Assembly (NCBI RefSeq): GCF_032116555.1
Contig: NZ_CP134949.1
Span: 1,922,001-1,986,000 of the forward strand
DNA length: 64,000 nt
Source of the DNA: Halorarum halobium
GTDB lineage: Archaea > Halobacteriota > Halobacteria > Halobacteriales > Haloferacaceae
Reading direction: 5' to 3'
Numbering within the stretch: the first letter of the stretch is position 1; every line of letters starts with the position of its first letter. Shown here in pieces: positions 49,599 to 57,372 of the stretch. The notes beneath the pieces were generated by a model. That model saw nothing but the letters and a program-made list of their open reading frames with translations, made no database searches and was not told the origin of the DNA. Position numbers and translations under genes: made by a program.

Positions 49599-52500
49599 AT
49601 GAGTGGAGACGGCCGCACCATCCTCCTCATCGGCAGCGGACCGATTCAGATCGGGCAGGCCGCGGAGTTCGACTACTCCGGGGCGCAGGCCTGCCGCGCG
49701 CTTCGTGAGGAAGGGGCCCGAGTCGTGCTCGTGAACTCCAACCCCGCGACGATCATGACCGACCCCGAGATGGCGGACCGGGTGTACATCGAACCGATCA
49801 CGACCGACGCCATCGCGGAGATCATCCGGACGGAGCAGCCGGACGGCGTCATCGCCGGGCTGGGCGGACAGACGGGGCTGAACGTCACCGCCGAACTCGC
49901 GGAGGAAGGCGTGCTGGAGGAACACGACGTGGAGATCATGGGCACGCCGCTCGATACCATCTACGCGACGGAGGACCGGGATCTGTTCCGCCAGCGGATG
50001 GAGGACATCGGCCAGCCCGTCCCACGCTCGACGACCATCTCGCTCGACGAGGGCGAGTCGGTGACGGAGTTGACCGAGGACTCGATCCGCGAGCGCGTCG
50101 AAGCGGCCGCCGACGGCGTCGGCGGCCTGCCGGTCATCGCCCGGACGACCTACACGCTCGGCGGCTCCGGCTCCGGCGTCGTCGGCGAGATGGACGAGCT
50201 GATCGAGCGGGTCCGGACCGGCCTGCGTCTCTCGCGCAACAGCGAGGTGCTCGTCACCGAATCCATCTCGGGCTGGGTCGAACTCGAGTACGAGGTGATG
50301 CGCGACGCCGACGACTCGTGTATCATCATCTGCAACATGGAGAACCTCGACCCGATGGGCATCCACACGGGCGAGTCGACGGTCGTGACCCCCAGCCAGG
50401 TCATCCCCGACGACGGCCACCAGGAGATGCGCGACGCGGCGCTCGGGGTCATCCGCGAACTCGGCATCCAGGGCGGCTGTAACATCCAGTTCGCCTGGCG
50501 CGACGACGGCACGCCGGGCGGCGAGTACCGTGTGGTCGAGGTGAACCCGCGCGTCTCCCGCTCCTCGGCGCTGGCCTCGAAGGCGACCGGCTACCCCATC
50601 GCACGCGTCACCGCGAAGGTCGCGCTCGGCAAGCGCCTCCACGAGATCGACAACGAGATCACCGGCGAGACGACCGCGGCGTTCGAGCCGGCGATCGACT
50701 ACGTCGTGACGAAGGTGCCGCGCTGGCCCCAGGACAAGTTCGAGGACACGGACTTCACGCTCGGCACGGCGATGAAGTCCACCGGCGAGGCGATGGCGAT
50801 CGGCCGCACGTTCGAGGAGAGCCTCCTCAAGTCGCTCCGTTCCTCCGAGTACGACCCGGCCGTCGAGTTCGGCGCGCTCGAGGACGAGGAGCTGACCGAG
50901 GAGTACCTCGAACGCCCGAGCCCCGACCGCCCGTACGCGATGTTCGAGGCGTTCGAGCGCGGGTTCTCCGTCGAGGAGGTGGTCGAGGCGACCGGCATCT
51001 ACGAGTGGTACGTCGAGCGCTTCGCCCGCATCGTCGAGGCGAGCAAGGAGGTCGTCGACGGCGAGTTCACGCCCGCCGCCACGGCCGGGTTCACGAACGC
51101 CGAAATCGCCGCCCTCGCGGGCAACGAGTTCGAGGACAGCAGCCTCACCTGGCTGCCCGAGACCCGGGGTGCCTGGCGGACCGCGGAGGCGACCGAGGCG
51201 GTTGCGGGGGACGCGACCGGATCCACCGACGGCGAGGACCTCCCGGTCTCCGCGGCCCGCGCGGGCGTCGGCGAGGTGGAGGCCGCGGTGCCCGGCCGGA
51301 CGTACAAGCAGGTCGACACCTGCGCGGGGGAGTTCGAGGCGTCGACGCCGTACTACTACTCCTCGCGCAAGCCGGAGTGGTTCAGCGGCCCCTACGAGGG
51401 GGACGCGGCCGCGGGCGAACTGCAGGTCGACCGCGACGTCGAGTCCGTGGTGGTGGTCGGCGGTGGCCCGATCCGCATCGGGCAGGGCGTCGAGTTCGAC
51501 TACTGTGCGGTCCACGCGGTGCGCGCGCTCCGGGAGGTCGGCATCGAGGCCCACGTCGTCAACAACAACCCCGAGACGGTCTCGACCGACTACGACACCT
51601 CCGACGGGCTGTTCTTCGAGCCCATCACCGCCGAGGAGGTCGCCGACGCCGTCGAGGCGACCGGTGCGGACGGCGTGATGGTCCAGTTCGGCGGCCAGAC
51701 GTCGGTCGACGTCGGCGAACCGCTGAAGGACGAGTTCGAGCGCAGGGGGCTCGACTGCGAGATCATGGGCACGACCGTCGAGGCGATGGACCTCGCGGAG
51801 GACCGCGACCGGTTCAACCGCCTGATGGACGACGTCGGCGTCGCTCAGCCGGAGGGCGACTCGGCGACGAGCGAGGCCGAGGCGCTCGAACTCGCCCGCG
51901 ACATCGGCTACCCGGTGCTCGTGCGCCCGAGCTACGTGCTCGGCGGGCGCGCGATGCGGGTCGTCCACGACGACGACGAACTGCGGGAGTACATCACGGA
52001 GGCGGTCCGCGTCTCGCCGGACAAGCCGATCCTCGTCGACGAGTTCCTCACGGGCGCGGTCGAATTCGACGTGGACGCCGTCTCGGACGGCGAGGACGTG
52101 CTGATCGGCGGCGTGATGGAGCACGTCGAGTCGGCGGGGGTCCACTCGGGCGACTCGGCCTGCGTCATCCCGCCGCGCTCGCTGAGCGACGAGACGATGG
52201 CCCGCGTGCGCGAGGTGACGGCCGACATCGCCCGCGCGCTGGACACCGTCGGGCTGTTGAACGTCCAGCTCGCGGTCCGGGAGGGCGACGGTCCGGACGC
52301 GGACGTGTACGTGCTGGAGGCGAACCCGCGCTCCTCGCGCACGGTGCCGTTCGTCTCGAAGGCGACGGGCGTCCCCATCGCGAAGCTCGCGGCCCAGGTG
52401 ATGACGGGACGGTCGCTCGCGGACCTGGACGCGTCGGAGGCGATCCCCGAACACTTCAGCGTGAAGGAGGTCGTCCTCCCGTTCGACCGCCTGCCGGAGT

Positions 52501-52943
52501 CGGATCCGCGGCTCGGTCCCGAGATGAAGTCGACCGGCGAGGTGATGGGCACCGCGACCAGCTTCGGGAAGGCGTACGGAAAAGCGCTCGAGGCTGCCGG
52601 CCAGGGACTGCCCGAATCGGGGACGGTCACGTTCGCGTTCGTCGGCGACGCGCTACCGGACGCCGGGAGCGGGGCGGCAGCAAAACTCCGCGACGGCTTC
52701 ACGGAGTACTACGACGCGACCGAGTTCGAGGACATCCCGGCCGCGCTGCGCGAGGGCAAAATCGACCTGCTGGTCACCGACGAGCGGGACGCGCTCCGCG
52801 CCGCGGTGGACGAGGACGTGCCGTACGTCTCGACCGAGGCGGCCGCCCGCGCGTCGCTGGCGGCGCTGGCGAGCCGCGGGGACGACCCCGACATCCAGGC
52901 AGTCTCCGACCGGCCACACCGGGCGGCCGAGTGGGGTCGCTGA
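49599..52943 (+). CDS. carB: Carbamoyl-phosphate synthase large subunit
   Basis: GSGPIQIGQAAEFDYSG, NSNPATIMTD, EVNPRVSRSS; second half GGGPIRIGQGVEFDY, LGPEMKSTGE. Confidence 0.97.
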   Translation: MSGDGRTILLIGSGPIQIGQAAEFDYSGAQACRALREEGARVVLVNSNPATIMTDPEMADRVYIEPITTDAIAEIIRTEQPDGVIAGLGGQTGLNVTAELAEEGVLEEHDVEIMGTPLDTIYATEDRDLFRQRMEDIGQPVPRSTTISLDEGESVTELTEDSIRERVEAAADGVGGLPVIARTTYTLGGSGSGVVGEMDELIERVRTGLRLSRNSEVLVTESISGWVELEYEVMRDADDSCIIICNMENLDPMGIHTGESTVVTPSQVIPDDGHQEMRDAALGVIRELGIQGGCNIQFAWRDDGTPGGEYRVVEVNPRVSRSSALASKATGYPIARVTAKVALGKRLHEIDNEITGETTAAFEPAIDYVVTKVPRWPQDKFEDTDFTLGTAMKSTGEAMAIGRTFEESLLKSLRSSEYDPAVEFGALEDEELTEEYLERPSPDRPYAMFEAFERGFSVEEVVEATGIYEWYVERFARIVEASKEVVDGEFTPAATAGFTNAEIAALAGNEFEDSSLTWLPETRGAWRTAEATEAVAGDATGSTDGEDLPVSAARAGVGEVEAAVPGRTYKQVDTCAGEFEASTPYYYSSRKPEWFSGPYEGDAAAGELQVDRDVESVVVVGGGPIRIGQGVEFDYCAVHAVRALREVGIEAHVVNNNPETVSTDYDTSDGLFFEPITAEEVADAVEATGADGVMVQFGGQTSVDVGEPLKDEFERRGLDCEIMGTTVEAMDLAEDRDRFNRLMDDVGVAQPEGDSATSEAEALELARDIGYPVLVRPSYVLGGRAMRVVHDDDELREYITEAVRVSPDKPILVDEFLTGAVEFDVDAVSDGEDVLIGGVMEHVESAGVHSGDSACVIPPRSLSDETMARVREVTADIARALDTVGLLNVQLAVREGDGPDADVYVLEANPRSSRTVPFVSKATGVPIAKLAAQVMTGRSLADLDASEAIPEHFSVKEVVLPFDRLPESDPRLGPEMKSTGEVMGTATSFGKAYGKALEAAGQGLPESGTVTFAFVGDALPDAGSGAAAKLRDGFTEYYDATEFEDIPAALREGKIDLLVTDERDALRAAVDEDVPYVSTEAAARASLAALASRGDDPDIQAVSDRPHRAAEWGR

Positions 52944-53006
52944 ACCGAACTTCCGTCCTGACTTTTGAACCGGACTTCCGGACCGACCTTCCGAACCGAA
53001 CTCGCA
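52943..53006. repeat. Degenerate 12-13-bp tandem repeat, about 4.5 copies
   Basis: AACCGAACTTCCG / TCCTGACTTTTG / AACCGGACTTCCG / GACCGACCTTCCG / AACCGAACT. Confidence 0.6.
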
Positions 53007-53066
53007 GCCCGGGCCGACCAGCGAACCGCTGAACGCTTTTCACCCAGCCGTCCGTCGCGTCGGTCG

Positions 53067-53633
53067 ATGACCGACACGGGACCCGCCGACCTCGCGGAGA
53101 CGTTTCCGGCACTGGAGGACGTCACGAACCGCACGCTCCGCGATGGTGTTCGGGACGCCTGGGCCACCGCGCTCGCCGAGACCGAGTGGGACGACCTCGA
53201 TTCCGTTCCCTGGCTCCCCGACGAGCAGGAGCGACTCGGGCTGCCGGACGAGACGCTCGTCGCGCACGTGAACGACGTGGTCGAACTCTCGCGGGCGCTG
53301 ACCGAAACGCTGCGCGAACGTCGCGGCGACGTCGTCTCGACGGACCTCGTCGTCGCCGGCGCGCTGATCCACGACGTGAGTAAGCTGTACGAGTTCGCCC
53401 CGGACTCGCCGGGTGGAACGAAACGCTACGACCTGCTCGGGCATCCCTACGTCGGCGTCCACGTCTGCGAGGCGGCCGGCCTCCCGGTCGAACTCGCCCA
53501 CGTCGTGCTCTCACACACCCACCGGACGGCCGTCGACCCGGCGACGCTGGAAGCAACTCTGATCGCTCGCGCGGACCAGGTCGCCGCGGCCGCCATCCGC
53601 TCGCGGGCGCTCGACGACCTCCGGGACGCCTGA
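53067..53633 (+). CDS. HD-domain phosphohydrolase
   Basis: LVAHV...ALIHDVSK...GHP...SHTH...ADQ. Confidence 0.9.
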   Translation: MTDTGPADLAETFPALEDVTNRTLRDGVRDAWATALAETEWDDLDSVPWLPDEQERLGLPDETLVAHVNDVVELSRALTETLRERRGDVVSTDLVVAGALIHDVSKLYEFAPDSPGGTKRYDLLGHPYVGVHVCEAAGLPVELAHVVLSHTHRTAVDPATLEATLIARADQVAAAAIRSRALDDLRDA

Positions 53634-53681
53634 AACCGACCCGAACAGACGCCGAACCGTGGAACCGGGGAGACCGGAAAA

Positions 53682-54215
53682 TCAGACGTACACGTCGTCG
53701 GCGTCCAGGTCGCGCTCGGCCCGGTACTGCTCGACGAACTCGCCCACGTCGAACTCGAGCATCTGCTCCTCGAACTCCGTCATCGCGCCCTCGTCGTCGC
53801 TGTGTGAGACGGCGTGCTCCATCAGCTCCACGACGAGTTCGACGATGACCTCGTGGAGTCGTCGGGAGTCGAAGTCGGTCACCCACAGCATCGTGTAGCC
53901 GACGTCCTGGTCCTCGCTCACGTCCTCGGCGGCGACCGACTCGGGGAACTCCTCCAGCACGATGCCCATCAGGTGGGGCGTGCCGAACTCGGGCATCTCG
54001 TCGCTCGTCGTCTCGACGGCCTCACGGAGCAGCGAGACGAGGAACTCCGGGAGGAAGCGGTCCGGCGGGTTGACGTCGGTGACGACCGCGTGGGTCGCGC
54101 CGCAGTCGCACTCGAACTCCCGCATCCCCATGTCGAACTCGCGGACGCGGACGGTCTCCCCGCACGGGAGGTCGAACGCCTCGCCCCCGCCGCCGGGGAC
54201 GCGCGGTTGTGCCAT
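53682..54215 (-). CDS. Haloarchaeal conserved protein (DUF5815-like)
   Basis: PRVPG...LPCGE...CDCGATHAVV...RFLP...FGTPHLMG. Confidence 0.8.
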   Translation of the reverse strand: MAQPRVPGGGGEAFDLPCGETVRVREFDMGMREFECDCGATHAVVTDVNPPDRFLPEFLVSLLREAVETTSDEMPEFGTPHLMGIVLEEFPESVAAEDVSEDQDVGYTMLWVTDFDSRRLHEVIVELVVELMEHAVSHSDDEGAMTEFEEQMLEFDVGEFVEQYRAERDLDADDVYV

Positions 54216-54287
54216 ACCGGGGGGTAGTGGTCGGGGTCGGTTAAAAAGCGCGTTCGACGCCGACGGCGCCGACGGACCCGACAGGTG

Positions 54288-54620
54288 TTACTCGAAGTCC
54301 TCGTACTCCGGCTCCTCGCCCTCGGGAACCGCGTCGGTCTCGCCGGTCGGCTGGTCGAGGTTCTCCGCCTCGCTGCCGGCGTCCTCGTCCTCCTCCCAGC
54401 CGTCTGCGTCGTCTTCAGGGCCCCATTCGTCCGCTTCGGATTCGTCCGCTTCGTGTCCCTCCCCACCGTGTCGCTCCACCTCGACTTCGACCTCGATCCC
54501 GACGCCGTCGACCTCGAGTTCGGCCTCCGCCTCCGTGACGTCGCCGACCTCGATCTCGAGTTCGTCCTCGTCCACTTCGACCTCGACTTCCACGTCGACG
54601 CTGAGTTCCGCTTCCGACAT
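54288..54620 (-). CDS. Hyper-acidic low-complexity protein
   Basis: MSEAELSVDVEVEVEVDEDELEIEV...; GAG/GAC/GTC codon usage typical of the host. Confidence 0.65.
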   Translation of the reverse strand: MSEAELSVDVEVEVEVDEDELEIEVGDVTEAEAELEVDGVGIEVEVEVERHGGEGHEADESEADEWGPEDDADGWEEDEDAGSEAENLDQPTGETDAVPEGEEPEYEDFE

Positions 54621-54844
54621 GGATGCGAGTACGTGTTCATCACGCTTCAGCGTTTTCGCCGTGATTGGATTCAGGCGCCGGTGTAGGCTGTCGCTGTCGT
54701 CCTCACGGTAGTCGGGTTTCGTGTCCGTTCGGTCTCTGTGTCAATCGTCTCGAAAGCCCCCGCGGTTCTCGGCTTACGTGTTTGATCGCGGTCGGTTCGG
54801 CCACCTCGAAAGCCCCCGCGGCGCTCGACTCGGTGCGGCCGCTG

Positions 54845-54901
54845 TCGTTCGAAAATCGAAGAGTTTCGTGATGACGAAAGGCGCTCGCGCCTTTCGAACC
54901 A
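54845..54901 (+). mobile_element. 57-bp hairpin cassette (TCGTTCGAAA...TTTCGAACCA), putative tiny non-autonomous element
   Basis: Splits CCGCTG|CGCTCCTCG, which is intact at 18834-18848; an inverted relative lies at 55099-55214. Confidence 0.65.
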
Positions 54902-55098
54902 CGCTCCTCGTCACTCGGCTCGCTGCGCTCGCCTGCGGTGGTTGTCGGTCCGCGCCTGCGCCGACTTACGGGAGAGCACGCTCTCCTGAATTCACGGGCG
55001 CAAGCACCCGTGAACGCCGCGGCCCCTTTCAGTCCCACCCGCCGCACAGCACCTCACCCTCCCTTCCCTCGGAGCACGCTCCTCGGAACTCACCCTCG

Positions 55099-55214
55099 TG
55101 GTTCGAAAGACGCCAGGGCGTCTTTCGTCAGTACGGGAAACCGACGGTTCCCCGTCAGCGGTCGGATTCCGTCGGAATCCGACGGCATCACGAAACTCTT
55201 CGATTTTCGAACGA
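55099..55214 (-). mobile_element. 116-bp inverted copy of the same cassette with two extra hairpins
   Basis: The reverse complement matches both ends of 54845-54901; splits ACCCTCG|CTYCGCTCGCGTGA, which is intact at 35081-35101. Confidence 0.65.
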
Positions 55215-55464
55215 CTCCGCTCGCGTGAGCAGCCTCCTGCGCGTCTCGACCTCCGGCCTGCGGTGCTCGTCCCTCGCACGAGCGGCCGCGCTCCGCGCGA
55301 ACGTCGCGCGCCAGGTGGTTTAGTCGGGAAGAGGCGCGGGAATTCGGAGAGGTCAGGCCGGCGATTCGGATGGAAAGCCTCTGGCCGCCGTCCGGTGCAG
55401 GCGAGTGACCGCCACCGTTCCGGTACCCGGAGATACAAGCGTCCTGGCCGCCGTTCCTCGGAAC

Positions 55465-57372
55465 ATGTACCGACGCGACATGCGCGACACGAGCGCGGAC
55501 GACCTGCTCGCGGCGATGGCGAGCGCCGACGCGGTCGTCCAGGCGGCCCCCTCGCCCGACGGCGACTCGGTGGCCTACGCGAAGTCCCGCGAGGGGCGGA
55601 TCGACCTCTGGTGCTGGGACGGCGAGACCGACACGCGACTGACGAGCGAGGGGATCACGGCCCAGCGCTACGGCCGCGGCGACCCCGCGTGGTTCGACTG
55701 GCACCCCGACGGCGGCGAGGTCGCGTTCGTCGACGCCGACGGGTCGCTCTCGACGGTCGACGTCGACACCGGCGAGGTAACCGCGCTCACGACGGCCGAC
55801 GAACCGGACCTCGGCCTCGCGTACGGCCCCGACGGCGAGGAACTCGCGGTCGTGACGAACCGGTTCTCGCGCGCCTCGCTCGCGCTCGTCGCGGCCGACG
55901 GCTCCCGCGTCGAGGCGCTCGCGGACGACGAGTTCCTCTATCAGGACCCCCGATTCGCCGAGGACGGCACCGTCTACGCAGTGCGAGCGCGCCACCGGGA
56001 CCTGTTCGACTACGAGGCGGCGCTGGTCCGCGCGGACCGCGACGGCGTGACGGAACTGTTCGGCCCCGATGGCGTCCGCGTCCAGAACGTCCGCCCGCGA
56101 CCCGGGAGCGACGAGGTGGCGTTCGTCCACGACGCATCGGGATTCGACGCGGTCGCGGTACTTGACGGTGAGAGCGCGGCCCGCGACGGCGGCAGCGACG
56201 ACGACGGCGACGATATCGACGATGGCGACGGAAGGGTGGAGCCGGAGGAACTGTACGCGGTCGAGGGTGCGGAGGTCGCCGACCCCGCCTGGAGCCCGTC
56301 CGGGAAGTCGCTCGCGGTCACCGTCACCGAGGACGCCGCCGCGAACGTCCACGTGCTCGACCGCGACGGCTTCAGCGACGTCCTCACCGACGAGCGCGCG
56401 TTCCACACCGCGCCCCGGTGGCTCGACGGCGACGTGATCACGGTCCGCGACACGCCACACCGGCCGCCGACCGTCCGGAACGCGAGCGCGGGCGAGCGGG
56501 TGACCCCGACAGCCGCGCCCGACTTCGGCGCTCGAATCCCGACCCCGGAGACCATCACCTACCAGTCGGGCGACCGGGACGTCCAGGCGGTCGTCTACCC
56601 GCCGGGTCCCGAGTCCGGGGACGACTCCGTCCCGGTGCTCGTGAAGGCCCACGGAGGACCGACCTCCTTCGACCGCTTCCGCTTCGACCACCGCGCTGCG
56701 TACTTCGCCGCGCTCGGCTACTGCGTCGTCCTCCCGAACTACCGCGGCAGCGACGCGTACGGCCGCGAGTTCCGGATGGCGAACGACCGCGACTGGGGCG
56801 GGGGCGACCTCGAGGACGTGATCGGTGCCGCGGACGCGGCCGCGGCGGCCTACGACGCGGCCGATGGCGACCGCGCGGGCATCTACGGCGGCTCCGGCGG
56901 CGGGCTGATGACGGTGAACGCGCTCGGCAACTCGGACCGGTTCCGCGCGGGCGCAGCGTTCTACGGCGTCTACGACTACGAGACGTTCGTCGACGACACC
57001 GACGACGTCGGCTGGCAGCTGATGAAGCGCGAACTCGGCGACCTCTCGACCGACGTCGAAAACTACCGCGACGCCTCGCCCATCCGCACGGTCCCGGACA
57101 TCGAGGACCCGCTGCTCGTCCTCCACGGCGAGGACGACGCCCGCGTTCCGATCAGCCAGTCCGAACAGCTCTGCGATGAACTCGACAAGCACGGCAAGCG
57201 GTACGAGTTCCGCCGCTACGACGGCGAGCCGCACGGCTTCGGCGACCGGGAGAACGTCGTCGACGCCTACACGCGGGTCGCGGACCTGTTCGCGAAGTAC
57301 CTCGCCGTCGACCCCGACGACGGCTCCAGCAGCCCGCACGAGCCCGAGGAGCCGGACCGGTCGTCGAGCTAG
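55465..57372 (+). CDS. S9-family (prolyl oligopeptidase/acylaminoacyl) peptidase
   Basis: N-terminal propeller repeats, HGGP, PNYRGS, GGSGGG nucleophile, HGEDDARVP, GEPHGF. Confidence 0.93.
   Translation: MYRRDMRDTSADDLLAAMASADAVVQAAPSPDGDSVAYAKSREGRIDLWCWDGETDTRLTSEGITAQRYGRGDPAWFDWHPDGGEVAFVDADGSLSTVDVDTGEVTALTTADEPDLGLAYGPDGEELAVVTNRFSRASLALVAADGSRVEALADDEFLYQDPRFAEDGTVYAVRARHRDLFDYEAALVRADRDGVTELFGPDGVRVQNVRPRPGSDEVAFVHDASGFDAVAVLDGESAARDGGSDDDGDDIDDGDGRVEPEELYAVEGAEVADPAWSPSGKSLAVTVTEDAAANVHVLDRDGFSDVLTDERAFHTAPRWLDGDVITVRDTPHRPPTVRNASAGERVTPTAAPDFGARIPTPETITYQSGDRDVQAVVYPPGPESGDDSVPVLVKAHGGPTSFDRFRFDHRAAYFAALGYCVVLPNYRGSDAYGREFRMANDRDWGGGDLEDVIGAADAAAAAYDAADGDRAGIYGGSGGGLMTVNALGNSDRFRAGAAFYGVYDYETFVDDTDDVGWQLMKRELGDLSTDVENYRDASPIRTVPDIEDPLLVLHGEDDARVPISQSEQLCDELDKHGKRYEFRRYDGEPHGFGDRENVVDAYTRVADLFAKYLAVDPDDGSSSPHEPEEPDRSSS

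Larger units (their letters stand above)
54749..55313 (+). repeat. Expanded copy of the intergenic multi-hairpin repeat element carrying nested cassettes
   Basis: Same ordered blocks as 34842-35196 and 18802-18921, plus inserted cassettes at 54845-54901, 54966-55015 and 55099-55214. Confidence 0.88.

Noticed and set aside
54749..55313. Possible CRISPR array or protein-coding region
   Set aside because: No regularly spaced identical repeats with unique spacers and no cas genes. ORFs across it are low-complexity translations of the hairpin repeat.
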